Assembly: GCA_963736335.1 (NCBI GenBank)
Contig: CAVTOC010000006.1
Location: 891,946-955,945 of the forward strand
Source: an uncultured Actinomycetes bacterium
GTDB taxonomy: Bacteria > Actinomycetota > UBA4738 > HRBIN12
Direction of reading: 5' to 3'
Length of the DNA stretch: 64,000 bases
Shown here one piece after another: positions 1-10,402 of the stretch. Within the stretch, counting starts at the first letter, position 1. Every line of letters starts with the position of its first letter. The position numbers and the translations under genes are program-made. Below the pieces are notes generated by a model. That model saw only the letters and a list, made by a program, of their open reading frames with translations. It had not been told where the DNA came from and searched no databases.

Positions 1-4
1 TCGC

Positions 5-1367
5 TCATCGAGCCGTCTCCTTTTCGATCGTCGTGCGTCCGAGGTGTGCCAGAACCTGCTCGGCGGTCTCGCCGGCCGCCCTGACGCAGTCGGGAACGCC
101 CACTCCGTCGTATGCAGAGCCGACGACGAAGATACCCGTGGGCAGGGTCGCGCGGATCCGCTCGACGCGCTCCACGTGCCCCACTTCGTATTGCGGCATC
201 GCGCGCATCCACCGGACGACCGACGATGCCTGCGGCCGGGCCGGGAGATCGAGCACGGCGGACAGATGCCGTTCGCACGCGTCGACGAGATCCTGGATCT
301 GCCGCGTCGAGCACGTCCTCGTCGCCCATCCCACCCACGTAGCAGCGGAGCACTGCGCGCGAGCCGAACGCCGGATCGGGCCACTTGCTGCTGATCCATG
401 TGCACGCCGTCATCGGGGCCTTGCCGCGCGGAACCACGAATCCGGTCCCCTCCGGCAACGCGGCCTGCGTCCCGTCGCCGTAGACCAGGAACACCACGCC
501 GGTCGAGGCGTACGGGATGGCGCTCAGCTCGGCAGACGCAGCCTGTGGGCCGAGCAGCCGCCCCGCCTCGAAGGACGGGACGGCGAGCACGATGGCGCTC
601 GCGTCCCCCCGCTCGCCGAGCTCGGACAGCGAACCGACCGGCGCTCCGGTCACCACTCGGTCGCCGAGCGACGCGGCGAGCGCGTCGGTCAGGCGTCCGA
701 CGCCGCCCTTCGGCTTCACGAACATGGGCGTCGGTGTCCCGCGGCGCACCGAGCGCATCGCCGCCTGCGAACCCCGGATCAGGCTGCCCTGTGTGGACTC
801 CCACATGAGCAGCTCGGGGAACGTCGCGCGCGCCGACAGCCTGTCAACGTCGCCCGCATACAAGCCGGCGAGGAGCGGCGCGACGGCCATGTCGGTCGCC
901 TCGTCTCCCAGGCGCCGGCGCAAGAGGCCGCCGAGCGTCTCCTCGACCCCGTCCTTCCGCTTCCCGCGCAGCAGATCCAGGGAAGCACGTCTCCGGCCCG
1001 CTCGCGACACGCCGGGCCAGCGGAACACGTCGCCGATGTCGCCCGGGATCCCGAACGGGGCGTCCTTCGGGAAGGAGACCAATCCGCGATCGGTCCACAG
1101 GTAGGCGCCCTTCGCGCCCGGCGTCACCAGCTCACCGGCCAGGCCGAGCTCCCGGCAGAGGTCCACCGCCCACGGCTTGCGAGCGACGAACGAATCCGCC
1201 CCCGTCTCGAGCCGCACGTCGCCCACCTGCGTCGTCCCGAGCTTGCCGCCGGGCCGGTCGGCCGCCTCGTGAACGGCGACGTCGACACCGGCCGCGGCCA
1301 GCCTGTACGCGGTCGTCAGGCCCGAGATCCCGCCCCCGACGACGTCGACGCGACGCTGGAGGCTCAT
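5..1367 (-). CDS. hemY: Protoporphyrinogen/coproporphyrinogen III oxidase (HemY/CgoX); apparent frameshift near nt ~300-335
   Basis: N-terminus translated by hand from ATG at 1367-1365: [42 protein letters not shown], the FAD Rossmann motif, continuing to ...FRWPG. C-terminus is track ORF 5..334 (VVRWMRAMPQYEVGH...GSAYDGVGVPDCV), a typical HemY tail. The two parts are in different frames. ATG overlaps the hemH stop (ATGA). Confidence 0.7.
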
Positions 1368-2341
1368 CTCGCCGGCATCTCCGCCACATGCTCGCGCACG
1401 ACCGCTGCGAGCACGTCGAGGTAGGCCGGGTCCGCGTTCGGCATCCGCGTCCGCTCGAACCGCATCCCTCCGCGCTCGGCGATCCCGCGGGCCTCGATGT
1501 CCAGGTCGTACAGGATCTCCAGGTGGTCGGCCACGAAGCCGGCCGAGCACACGACCACGGCATGCCGGCCGGCGGTCGCCAGCTCCTCGATCACCGCTTC
1601 GATCGGCGGTCCCCACCACGGGTCGGCGGTTCGACCGGCGCTCTGCCACGCGATGAGGTAGTCGTCGAGGCCGAGATCGCCGGCCACCAGGTCGGCGGTC
1701 TCCTGTAGCCCATCCCGATACCGGCAGGACTCGTCGCAATCGCACGTCTTGCAGCGTTGCGTGCCGTCGTCGAGCGTACGCACCGGGAGCGAGTGGGCGG
1801 AGAAGATCACCGCGGCGTTCGCGCGCTCTTCGTCGGTCAGGCGGCCGAGCGCATCGGCCACGCGTGCCGTGATGAACGAGATGAACGACGGATGGTCGTG
1901 GTACGAGCGGACGAACGTGAACGCAGGGCCGCCGTCGTCCTGCGTCGCCTGGAGCACGCGCTCGATGTAGGTCTCGACCGACATCCCGGACCAGTGCGGC
2001 GCCATCACGATCCCGATCGCCCGTTCCACGCCGTCGGCGCGCATCGACGCGATCGCCTCCGGGATGAACGGCTGCGAGTGCTTCATCCCGAGGTAGGCGC
2101 GGTAGCTCGATCCGCCGGACCCGGCGTTGAGCCGTTCGACGATGCCGTCGGCTTGACGACGCGTCGTCTCCAGCAGCGGGAACACGTTGCCGATCGCCGC
2201 GTATCGCTCCTTCAGCTCCGCGAGATGTTCCGGCGACGGCGTCCGACCCCCACGGATGTCGGTGTAGTAGCGCTCGATGTCCTCCGGGCCGTTCGCGGTC
2301 CCGTACGCCATCACCAGCACGCCGACCGGCGGATCGCTCAA
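1364..2341 (-). CDS. hemH: Coproporphyrin ferrochelatase with internal 4-Cys insertion
   Basis: 325-aa ORF with ferrochelatase motifs ([46 protein letters not shown]). Internal [10 protein letters not shown] loop. TTG start overlaps the hemE stop. Confidence 0.9.
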   Translation of the reverse strand: MSDPPVGVLVMAYGTANGPEDIERYYTDIRGGRTPSPEHLAELKERYAAIGNVFPLLETTRRQADGIVERLNAGSGGSSYRAYLGMKHSQPFIPEAIASMRADGVERAIGIVMAPHWSGMSVETYIERVLQATQDDGGPAFTFVRSYHDHPSFISFITARVADALGRLTDEERANAAVIFSAHSLPVRTLDDGTQRCKTCDCDESCRYRDGLQETADLVAGDLGLDDYLIAWQSAGRTADPWWGPPIEAVIEELATAGRHAVVVCSAGFVADHLEILYDLDIEARGIAERGGMRFERTRMPNADPAYLDVLAAVVREHVAEMPAR

Positions 2342-3390
2342 CCCGGGACCCCCGGTTGTTCGGTGCGTTCATGGACCAGATCCACGAGCCGCCGGAGCGT
2401 GTCGGGATCGGTGTCGGGCGGCACGCCGTGACCGAGGTTGAAGATGTGTCCGTCGCGTGAGCCCACGCGAGCGAGCACGCGATCGGTCTCGGCCTCCACC
2501 ACATCCCACGGCGCCGAGAGCACGGCCGGATCCAGGTTGCCCTGCACGGCCACGCCGGGACCCACACGGTCCCACGCGACATCGAGCGGGGTCCGCCAGT
2601 CCACGCCGATCACGTCGCCCCCCGCCCGACGCATGGACGCGAGGAGCTCTCCCGTCCCGACGCCGAAATGGATCGTGGGGACGCCCAGGTCCGCCAGGCC
2701 TTCGAACAGGCGCAGCATGTGGGGGAACACGGATCGCTCGTAGGCGTCGGGGCCGAGCGCACCCACCCACGAGTCGAAGACCTGCAGCGCCTGTGCGCCG
2801 GCGTCAGCCTGCGCTCGCAGGTGCGGAAGCACGATCGCGACCAAGGCGTCCATCAACGCGTCCCAGACCCTCGGCTGGCCCAACATCAGCGCTTTCGTCC
2901 GCTCGTGCGTCCGCGACGGACCCCCCTCGACCAGATAGCTCGCCAGGGTGAACGGCGCGCCGGCGAACCCCAGCAACGGCACGTCGAGCTCCTTCCGGAG
3001 CAGCCGGATGGCCTCGAGCACGTGGGGAACGTCGCTCTCGGGCTCGAGCGGTCGAAGGAGCCGCACGTCGTCGGCGGTCCGGATCGGATCGTCCACGACC
3101 GGACCCACGCCAGTCTCGATGCGCACGGGCACCCCCACCGCGGCGAGCGGCACCATGATGTCGCTGAACAGGATGGCCGCGTCGACCGCCATACGGCGGA
3201 GCGGCTGCAGCGTGATCTCCGTGACCAGGTCGGGGTGCCGGCACGTGTCGAGGATGTCGCCCCGTCCGCGGACCTCTCGGTACTCGGGAAGGTAGCGGCC
3301 CGCCTGACGCATGAACCAGACTGGCGTGCGGTCGACGGGCTCCCGGCGACAGGCGCGCAGGAACCGATCCGATGCCGGGGAGGCGTTCAC
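2338..3390 (-). CDS. hemE: Uroporphyrinogen decarboxylase
   Basis: C-terminal 350 aa of track ORF 2338..3867. HemE N-terminal motif [17 protein letters not shown]. Probable GTG start at 3390 ([25 protein letters not shown]). Upstream part of the ORF is Arg/Gly junk overlapping the VOC gene. Confidence 0.88.
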   Translation of the reverse strand: MNASPASDRFLRACRREPVDRTPVWFMRQAGRYLPEYREVRGRGDILDTCRHPDLVTEITLQPLRRMAVDAAILFSDIMVPLAAVGVPVRIETGVGPVVDDPIRTADDVRLLRPLEPESDVPHVLEAIRLLRKELDVPLLGFAGAPFTLASYLVEGGPSRTHERTKALMLGQPRVWDALMDALVAIVLPHLRAQADAGAQALQVFDSWVGALGPDAYERSVFPHMLRLFEGLADLGVPTIHFGVGTGELLASMRRAGGDVIGVDWRTPLDVAWDRVGPGVAVQGNLDPAVLSAPWDVVEAETDRVLARVGSRDGHIFNLGHGVPPDTDPDTLRRLVDLVHERTEQPGVPG

Positions 3391-3434
3391 CCCCTCAGGA
3401 TACGGACGCCTGAGGGTTCGAGCGACGCCGGAAC

Positions 3435-3863
3435 CTACAGGATGGTCAGACGCCCGTCCTCGCCGATGGGGAAGGCGGGGTTGTACGCGACCTCCCACGG
3501 GTACCCGTCGGGATCCCCGAAATAGCCGGAGCGTCCGAACACGGCGTCGGTCCCCGGTTTGAGGATCGACCCGCCGGCCGCGACGGCCTCCGCGATCACG
3601 TCGTCGACGTCCTCCGGCTGTTCCACATTGATCGCCAGCGTGATGCCTCCGAACGAGCCCCGGGTCGGGGACGCGATGGCGGCGTCCTCGGCCAACTCCT
3701 CGTACGGGAACAGCCCGATGTTGGTATCGGCCGTCCGGAACCAGTGGATGACGCCTTCGATGGACGAGGAACACTCCTCCCAACCCAGCGTTCGGTAGAA
3801 CCGGATGGAGCGGTCCAGGTCGGCGACGCCCAGCGTCACCAGGCCCAAGCGAGCGGGAACCAT
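3435..3863 (-). CDS. VOC/glyoxalase-bleomycin resistance family protein
   Basis: [30 protein letters not shown]... AGGAGG RBS 6 nt upstream of the ATG at 3863. 45 nt upstream of hemE on the same strand. Confidence 0.75.
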   Translation of the reverse strand: MVPARLGLVTLGVADLDRSIRFYRTLGWEECSSSIEGVIHWFRTADTNIGLFPYEELAEDAAIASPTRGSFGGITLAINVEQPEDVDDVIAEAVAAGGSILKPGTDAVFGRSGYFGDPDGYPWEVAYNPAFPIGEDGRLTIL

Positions 3864-3972
3864 GCATCCACCTCCTGTTCGTGTTCCCATGACAGAACTG
3901 TCACTCCGGAGCCGCCGCGTCCGACTATCCAGCCCGGGCGGTCGTGGCTACTGTATGCGGCGAGGTGGGGGC

Positions 3973-4677
3973 ATGACGTCGTTAGCTGAGCGGTCCGAGG
4001 CCGAGGCGGCTCCCGTCGGTCGCATCCTGGTGATCGACGACGAGCAGCGGATCCTCAACTTCGTCCACCGCGGGCTCGAGGCCGAGGGGATGGCGGTCGA
4101 TTCGGCGCGCGAGGCCGAGGAGGGCCTCCGGCTCGCGCTCACCAACACGTACGACCTCGTGGTCCTCGACCTCGTGATGCCGAGCCTGGACGGTCAGGCC
4201 GTGCTCAAACGGATCCTGGAGCGCAAACCCTCACAGCCGGTCCTCATCCTCTCCGCCTTGAACGACACGACATCGAAGGTCAGCTGCCTCGAGCTCGGCG
4301 CCGAGGACTACATCTCGAAACCGTTCTCCCTGGAGGAGCTCCTCGCCCGTGTCCGAGCGCGCCTTCGGACCGCCGCCCGGTCGAGCCCGACCCGCCTGCA
4401 GACGCGCTCGCTCTCCCTCGACCTCATCCGCAGGCGGGCCGACGCCGGCGCCGGCCCGATCCCGCTCGCCGAGCGCGAGTTCCTGCTGCTCGGCGAGCTG
4501 ATGCGCAACGCCGGCCAGACTGTGTCGAAGGAGCGTTTGCTCTCATCGGTCTGGGGCTACCACTTCGATCCAGGGTCGAACGTCGTCGACGTCTACGTCC
4601 GCAGGCTGCGCGCGAAGCTGGGAGCGGAGACGATCGTCACCGTTCGGGGCGTCGGGTACCGGATCGATGCTGACTGA
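3973..4677 (+). CDS. OmpR-family response regulator
   Basis: Receiver domain (ILVIDDEQRI...LVVLDLVMP) plus winged-helix C-terminus (VYVRRLRAKLG...VRGVGYRI). ATG at 3973 preceded by GAGGTGGGGG. Confidence 0.85.
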   Translation: MTSLAERSEAEAAPVGRILVIDDEQRILNFVHRGLEAEGMAVDSAREAEEGLRLALTNTYDLVVLDLVMPSLDGQAVLKRILERKPSQPVLILSALNDTTSKVSCLELGAEDYISKPFSLEELLARVRARLRTAARSSPTRLQTRSLSLDLIRRRADAGAGPIPLAEREFLLLGELMRNAGQTVSKERLLSSVWGYHFDPGSNVVDVYVRRLRAKLGAETIVTVRGVGYRIDAD

Positions 4678-5824
4678 CCGCATCGAGTGGCCGAACCGGG
4701 TCCGCTGGTTCGACGTCGCCTGGGTGCTGTTCTCGCTCGCGAACCTCGCGGCCATGCTCATGTTCCCCGAGTGGGAGACGGTGCCGTTCCACTTCATCTG
4801 GGTGAGCCTCACGATCCTCTACGGGTTCCGCGTGTGGAAGGCACGTCCCACGTTGGTGATCCTGGCGTTCGTGATGGGATTGACCGGTCTGTTGATCTGG
4901 CTGGACGTGAAGAACAACTTCACGACGCCCGATGAGCTGACCGAGGTGCCATTGATGGCCGCCATGTTCCTGGCGATGGTGTGGCACGCGCGGCGCCGGC
5001 TGACCACGATGGAGGAATCCGAGCGCGTCTCGATGGAGAACCTCCGCCTGCTCGAGCGGGAACGGCGCTTCGTGCAAGATGCCTCGCACGAGCTGCGGAC
5101 GCCGATCACGGTCGCGCTCGGACACGCCGAGCTCATCCAGCGCAGCGCGGACGATCCCACGGTCGCGGACGACGCCGCGGTGATCGCCGACGAGCTGATG
5201 CGGCTGCGGCGCCTGGCCGACCGGCTGCTCGTGCTGGCCGGGAGCGAGGACCCCGAGTTCCTCCATCCCACGGTGGTGGACCTGGAGACGATCGTGATGG
5301 ATGCCGTTCGCCGATGGACGGCGACGCCACGGCGATGGCTCCTGGGCGCGGCCGAGGAAGCCACCGCGATCGCCGACGCGGACCGGCTGGAGGTGGCGCT
5401 CGACGCCTTGATCGAGAACGCGGTGAACCACACGCAAGAACAGGACACCATCGAAGTGGGCATCCAACGCGCCGGCCCGCGGGCGATGATCTCGGTCCGT
5501 GACACGGGAGCGGGCATCCCGGCCGCCGACCTCGATCACATCTTCGATCGGTTCGCGAGGGCCGATCCGGGGCGGAGCAGGCACACCGGCGGCTCCGGCC
5601 TGGGTCTGTCGATCGTGAAGGCGATCGTGGATGCCCATGGCGGCGAGGTGCACGTCTCGAGTGCCGTCGGCGAGGGAACGACGTTCAAGATCTTCCTTCC
5701 GCTTTCCCCGGTAGTACCCACGCCACCCGGGCGCTCGTCGACGCAAGCGCGGGCGGAGCTGGCTCCCGCGTCGACGCGCGCGTTCAGAGCACTAGAGACC
5801 GATGCTCGCGAACTGGACGTTTGA
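4667..5824 (+). CDS. Sensor histidine kinase (2 TM, HisKA H-box SHELRTPI, HATPase_c)
   Basis: Membrane N-terminus, ASHELRTPITVALGHAEL H-box, G-boxes (GGSGLGLSIVKAIVDAHGG). Overlaps the RR stop by 11 nt. Confidence 0.85.
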   Translation: MLTDRIEWPNRVRWFDVAWVLFSLANLAAMLMFPEWETVPFHFIWVSLTILYGFRVWKARPTLVILAFVMGLTGLLIWLDVKNNFTTPDELTEVPLMAAMFLAMVWHARRRLTTMEESERVSMENLRLLERERRFVQDASHELRTPITVALGHAELIQRSADDPTVADDAAVIADELMRLRRLADRLLVLAGSEDPEFLHPTVVDLETIVMDAVRRWTATPRRWLLGAAEEATAIADADRLEVALDALIENAVNHTQEQDTIEVGIQRAGPRAMISVRDTGAGIPAADLDHIFDRFARADPGRSRHTGGSGLGLSIVKAIVDAHGGEVHVSSAVGEGTTFKIFLPLSPVVPTPPGRSSTQARAELAPASTRAFRALETDARELDV

Positions 5825-6656
5825 CCCCGCGGTCATCTTCGGCCTCGGCGTGACCGGGGTCGTGTACGTGCGCGCGGACCGACGTGTCCGCCGGGCGCGA
5901 GGCGACCGGCGCTTCCCACGTGCCCGGCGGAGGGAGTTCCTCGCGGGCTTGGGGATCATCTTCATCGCGCTCGAGTCCCCGATCGACACCGGATCGTCGA
6001 CGTCGTTCTCGGTGCACATGGTCCAGCATCTGCTGCTCACCATGGTCGCCGCGCCGCTCCTGGTGCTCGGCGCCCCCGTGACGCTCGCCCTCCTCGCGTC
6101 GTCGCCCGTCGCTCGACGACGGCTCTCAGCCGCGCTCAGGCGTCCGCCGCTCCGGACGCTGTCCCAGCCCATCGTGGCGTGGGGCTTGTTCTTCGGCGTC
6201 TTGTGGGGATCCCACTTCACCGGACTGTTCGAGGCATCGCTGCGGAGCGACGGCGTCCACGCGCTCGAGCACGTCGCGTACCTGGTGACGGCCGTCCTGT
6301 TCTGGATGCCCGTCGTCGGTCGCGATCCCTCGCCGGTGGGTCTCTCGTACCCGGCTCGGATCCTCTACCTCTTCTTCGCGATGGCGTCGATGGCGTTCCT
6401 GGGACTGGCCCTCTTCAGCGCGAACCACGTCCTGTACCCGACCTACGGCGCCGTGGAAGGTGCAGCGAACGCAGTCGCGGACCAGCGGGTCGGCGGCACG
6501 ATCATGTGGGTCGGCGGCATGGTCAACATCGTGCCGGCGCTCGCGTTCGTGATGCTTGATTGGATGCGGGCCGATGAGCGAGAAGCGCTGCGCGTCGATG
6601 CCCGGCTGCTCAGCGAGCGGATCGCCCCTGAGACCGCGGGCGGGCCGGTCCTATGA
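5802..6656 (+). CDS. Polytopic membrane protein, probable caa3-type cytochrome oxidase assembly factor (CtaG/CopD-like)
   Basis: ~7 TM helices, conserved HMVQHLLL and HALEHVAY motifs. Immediately upstream of ctaB with a 4-nt overlap. Confidence 0.5.
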   Translation: MLANWTFDPAVIFGLGVTGVVYVRADRRVRRARGDRRFPRARRREFLAGLGIIFIALESPIDTGSSTSFSVHMVQHLLLTMVAAPLLVLGAPVTLALLASSPVARRRLSAALRRPPLRTLSQPIVAWGLFFGVLWGSHFTGLFEASLRSDGVHALEHVAYLVTAVLFWMPVVGRDPSPVGLSYPARILYLFFAMASMAFLGLALFSANHVLYPTYGAVEGAANAVADQRVGGTIMWVGGMVNIVPALAFVMLDWMRADEREALRVDARLLSERIAPETAGGPVL

Positions 6657-7558
6657 GCGTCTCCGTCAGCCGGGCCTCACGCATCGGCGACCTCGCCGCG
6701 ACGGTCATGGACTACGTCGCGCTCACGAAGCCACGCGTGGTGTCGCTCCTGGTGGTCACCGGTGTCTGCGGGTACCTCGCCGGAGCCGCCGGACACGTGC
6801 AGTTCGCGGTCCTCCTCGCGGTCGCCGGTGGCGGCGCGCTCGCCGCCGGCGGCGCGAACGCTCTCAACTGCGCCTTCGACCGCGACCTCGATGCCGTGAT
6901 GGCGCGCACGCGTAGCCGGCCGATCCCGGACGGGCGCATCCCGATCCTGAACGCCGTGTTGCTGGGTATCGCGATGAACGTGGCCGCGGGGATCTGGCTG
7001 ACCCGATCCGCCAACCTGCTCGCAGCCGGCCTGGCCCTCGCCGGAACCGCGTGGTACCTGGGGGTCTACACGGCCTGGCTCAAGCGCCGGTCGACCCAGA
7101 ACATCGTGATAGGAGGCGCGGCAGGCTGCTTCCCGCCGCTCGTGGGGTGGGCCGCCGCGACGGGAGGTCTCGATGCGACCGCGCTCACGCTCGCGGCCGT
7201 CATCTTCCTGTGGACGCCGCCGCACTTCTGGGCGCTCGCCACGTTGCTCCGCCGGGACTACCGGCGCGCCAACATCCCCATGCTCCCGGCCGTCATCTCG
7301 GTGCAGCGGACCGCGAACCAGGCCTTCGTCTATGCGGTGGCCACCGTCGTCGTCAGCCTGGGGCCGGCCCTGTGGAACGGCGCGAGCACGGTGTACACGG
7401 CGAGTGCCGCCGGTCTCGGCGGCGTGTTCGTCTGGCGGGCCGAGGCGTTCCGCCGGGACGCGGACACCGCGAGCGCCCGAAGGCTGTTCCGCTACTCGCT
7501 CATCTACCTCGCAGCATTGTTCGCTGCGCTCGTGGTTGATCGGATGATCGCCGCGTGA
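6653..7558 (+). CDS. ctaB: Protoheme IX farnesyltransferase (heme O synthase)
   Basis: UbiA-family motifs: ALTKPRV, NCAFDRDLDAVMARTRSRPIPDGRI, WTPPHFWALA. Confidence 0.9.
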   Translation: MSVSVSRASRIGDLAATVMDYVALTKPRVVSLLVVTGVCGYLAGAAGHVQFAVLLAVAGGGALAAGGANALNCAFDRDLDAVMARTRSRPIPDGRIPILNAVLLGIAMNVAAGIWLTRSANLLAAGLALAGTAWYLGVYTAWLKRRSTQNIVIGGAAGCFPPLVGWAAATGGLDATALTLAAVIFLWTPPHFWALATLLRRDYRRANIPMLPAVISVQRTANQAFVYAVATVVVSLGPALWNGASTVYTASAAGLGGVFVWRAEAFRRDADTASARRLFRYSLIYLAALFAALVVDRMIAA

Positions 7559-7580
7559 ACGTGACACGAGGGAGGAACCG

Positions 7581-7778
7581 ATGGTGAAGGGAACGCGTGA
7601 CCGCTACGACCGATGCATCCGATGCAATGAGCGCGTCCCGTGGGGCGAGTCGGTGTGTCGTCGCTGCAACCCTGCCAGACTTCCGGCCCCGAGCCCGACG
7701 CAGTACCACGCCACGGTCTTCTTGGCCGTCATCGTCGCACTCGTCGCGGTCGCGGGCTGGATGATGATCCGCGCCTGA
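7581..7778 (+). CDS. Small zinc-ribbon membrane protein (CxxC...CxxC plus C-terminal TM)
   Basis: 65 aa, CIRCN...CRRCN, hydrophobic tail. GAGGGAGG RBS upstream of the ATG. Confidence 0.5.
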   Translation: MVKGTRDRYDRCIRCNERVPWGESVCRRCNPARLPAPSPTQYHATVFLAVIVALVAVAGWMMIRA

Positions 7779-7788
7779 CGGATCGGGA

Positions 7789-8160
7789 CTACTGGTGTCC
7801 GACGTTCGCCCTTGATCGGGCAACATCGCGGAACCAACCCGCCGCTGAAAGCGCGAACACGACCGCTCCCGCGATCAGGATCCAAGCGTCGACGATCAGG
7901 CCGAGCGCGATGATCACTGCGGAGACCGCGAAACCCAACGGCCAGATCGTCGGGCCGACGTGCGGCTCCTCCTCGCTGCTCGCCCCTTCCGCCTCATGAC
8001 GTGCCTCCCTGCGCGCGACCAGACCGAGGAAGAGGAACGTCACGCCGGCGATGAGCAGGAGCGTGGTACCTCCTCGCTCGTGGCTGGTGAACCCGTACAC
8101 GAGCCCCGCGATCACGAGGAATGCCGCCAACGCTACGAGGATGCGGGAGATCGTGCTCAT
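7789..8160 (-). CDS. ctaF: Cytochrome c oxidase subunit IV (actinobacterial CtaF-like), 4 TM
   Basis: 123-aa hydrophobic protein (MSTISRILVALAAFLVIAGLVYGF...). ATG at 8160, 5 nt after the ctaE stop. Upstream part of track ORF 7789..8259 is spurious. Confidence 0.55.
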   Translation of the reverse strand: MSTISRILVALAAFLVIAGLVYGFTSHERGGTTLLLIAGVTFLFLGLVARREARHEAEGASSEEEPHVGPTIWPLGFAVSAVIIALGLIVDAWILIAGAVVFALSAAGWFRDVARSRANVGHQ

Positions 8161-8164
8161 CGCT

Positions 8165-8755
8165 TCACCTCGGTGTGAGGAGGTAGAACGTCGCGAAAAG
8201 AAGCAGCCACACGACGTCGACGAAGTCCCAATAGATCGCTCCAGCCGCGAGCGGGTCATGGTTGGAAGGAGTGAGGACGCCGCTCATCCCTTGCCCGAAG
8301 ACGAGGCAAAGGAACACGACGCCTCCGAACACGTGAGCCATGTGGATACCGGTCATGACGTAGAAGAGCGTGCCGAACGTGCCGTCCTTCACGCCGAATC
8401 CGAGCTGCGAGTAATCGTAGAGCTGCAGGAGGAGAAAGACGATGCCCAGCCCGATCGTAGCCCCGAGGAAGACCATCGCCTTGCGCGCGTCACCGTTCCG
8501 GATGGAGCGGAGCGAAAGCTGGATCACCACGCTACTCAGCACGAGTATCACAGTGAGGATCGAAGCAACGGTGATCTCGAGGTGGGGGATGCCCGCCGGA
8601 GGCCATTCCTTCGCGTTGGCTCTGATCGTGAAGTACCCACCGAAGAACGCCGCGAAGAACATCGCCTCGGACGCGACGAAGAGCACCATCCCAAGGACCG
8701 GGCCGCTCATCTCGCGCGGACGACCCTGTTCGTGCTGCGCAGCAACAGTACTCAT
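8165..8755 (-). CDS. ctaE: Cytochrome c oxidase subunit III
   Basis: C-terminal 196 aa of track ORF 8165..9235 (MSTVAAQHEQ...FVASEAMFFAAFFGGYF...HMAHVFGGV). ATG overlaps the ctaD stop (ATGA). Confidence 0.85.
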   Translation of the reverse strand: MSTVAAQHEQGRPREMSGPVLGMVLFVASEAMFFAAFFGGYFTIRANAKEWPPAGIPHLEITVASILTVILVLSSVVIQLSLRSIRNGDARKAMVFLGATIGLGIVFLLLQLYDYSQLGFGVKDGTFGTLFYVMTGIHMAHVFGGVVFLCLVFGQGMSGVLTPSNHDPLAAGAIYWDFVDVVWLLLFATFYLLTPR

Positions 8756-10380
8756 GACTCTGCCTCCATCTGCGCCATGCGTAGGTCGTACACGGGCCTG
8801 TCCGAGTGGATCGGAGGCAATGAATCGAAGTTGTGCGCCGGCGGCGGGGACGTCGTCGCCCATTCGAGCGTGTAGGCATCCCACGGATCGTCGGGCGCAG
8901 ATCGAGGCTTCCGAAGGGTCAGGAAGATGTTCACGAAGAAGAGGATCATCGCGATCGCGATCACGAAAGCGCCGATCGTGGCGAGCAGGTTCAGGAAGCT
9001 CCACCCGCGATCCGGCGCGTAGTCCGCGATGCGTCGCGGCATGCCTCGCAATCCCAAGATATGCATCGGGAAGAACGTGAGGTTGAACCCGATCAGCTGG
9101 ATCCAGAACTGCCAGATGCCCAGCTTCCGTGACAGCATCCGTCCGCTCATCTTCGGGAACCAATAGAACATCCCCGCGAACACGCCGAAGAGGGTTCCAC
9201 CGAACAGCACGTAGTGCAGGTGCGCGACGACCCAATAGGTGTCATGGATCGCGAAGTCCATGGCGGGTGACGCAGCCCAGACGCCGTTGATCCCACCGAT
9301 CAAGAACATCGCGATGAAGCCGAGCGCGAACAGCATGGGCGGCTCGAACCGGATCTTCCCCTTCCAGAGGGTGCCCAGCCAGATGAAGAACAGGACGCCT
9401 GTCGGGATGGAGATCAACTCGGTCGTGATGCTGAAGAAGGGGAGCTCGACGGCGCCCGTCGCGAACATGTGATGCGCCCACACGCTGAACGAGAGCGCCG
9501 TGATCAGCAGGAACGAGAGAACGACGCCCCGGTAGCTGAAGATAGGTTTGCCCGAGAACACCGCGATGATCTCGCTCACGATGCCCCATGCGCCCAGGAT
9601 CAGCATGTAGACCTCGGGGTGGCCGAAGAACCAGAAGACGTTCTGCCAGAGCAGCACCACGCCACCTTGCGTGGGATCGAAGAACACTGTGCCGAGTCGC
9701 CGATCCGCGAACAGCATGATGAGCCCCGCTGTCAACACCGGCGCGGCGAGGATGACGAGGAGCGATGTCGCGAGGATGCTCCAGCTGAATATCGGCATCC
9801 GCATCATCGTCATCCCGGGTGCCCGCATCCGCAAGATCGTCACGATGAAGTTGATGCCGCCGAGGATGGAAGCCGTTCCGACGATGATCAGCCCAACGAT
9901 CCAGAGGTCTTGGCCGGTGCCGAGCTGCTCGGAGAGGGGCGGGTAGCCGGTCCAGCCGGCAGCGGCCGCGCCGCCTCTCGCGAAGAAGCCCGAGAGGATC
10001 GTGAGTCCCCCGATAGGCAGCAGCCAGAACGAGAGCGCGTTGATGCGCGGGAACGCCATGTCGAGCGCACCGATCTGCAGCGGCACGAAGTAATTCCCGA
10101 ACCCCGCGAGGAGCGGGAAGATCACGAGGAAGATCATCAGCGTGCCGTGCAGCGTGAACAGCTGGTTGTAGGCATGCGGTTGGAAGATCTGGGTCCCGGG
10201 ACGCGCGAGCTCCGTGCGCATGAGGAGTGCGAACACGCCGCCAACCGCGAAGAACGAGAAGCTGCTGATCAGGTAGAGGATGCCGATCTTCTTGTGGTCG
10301 GTCGTCTTAAGCCAGTCGAGCAGACGGCCCCGTTCCGGTTCGGGCGCAAGCTCTCTGGAAGGAGCCTCGGTCACAGCCAT
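8752..10380 (-). CDS. ctaD: Cytochrome c oxidase subunit I
   Basis: 542 aa from the internal ATG (MAVTEAPSRE...TDHKKIGILYLISSFSFF...). Heme-copper oxidase motifs. GGGAGA RBS. Confidence 0.9.
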   Translation of the reverse strand: MAVTEAPSRELAPEPERGRLLDWLKTTDHKKIGILYLISSFSFFAVGGVFALLMRTELARPGTQIFQPHAYNQLFTLHGTLMIFLVIFPLLAGFGNYFVPLQIGALDMAFPRINALSFWLLPIGGLTILSGFFARGGAAAAGWTGYPPLSEQLGTGQDLWIVGLIIVGTASILGGINFIVTILRMRAPGMTMMRMPIFSWSILATSLLVILAAPVLTAGLIMLFADRRLGTVFFDPTQGGVVLLWQNVFWFFGHPEVYMLILGAWGIVSEIIAVFSGKPIFSYRGVVLSFLLITALSFSVWAHHMFATGAVELPFFSITTELISIPTGVLFFIWLGTLWKGKIRFEPPMLFALGFIAMFLIGGINGVWAASPAMDFAIHDTYWVVAHLHYVLFGGTLFGVFAGMFYWFPKMSGRMLSRKLGIWQFWIQLIGFNLTFFPMHILGLRGMPRRIADYAPDRGWSFLNLLATIGAFVIAIAMILFFVNIFLTLRKPRSAPDDPWDAYTLEWATTSPPPAHNFDSLPPIHSDRPVYDLRMAQMEAES

Positions 10381-10402
10381 GTCGGGTCTCCCATCCGCAT
10401 CC

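Noticed and set aside
33-1424. 463-aa plus-strand ORF covering the hemY locus
   Set aside because: Antisense to a well-supported HemY coding sequence. Arg/Ala/Pro-rich composition typical of GC-bias phantom ORFs.
3390-3867. N-terminal 160-aa extension of the hemE ORF
   Set aside because: Gly/Arg-rich junk overlapping the VOC gene in another frame. The HemE motif begins after the GTG at 3390.
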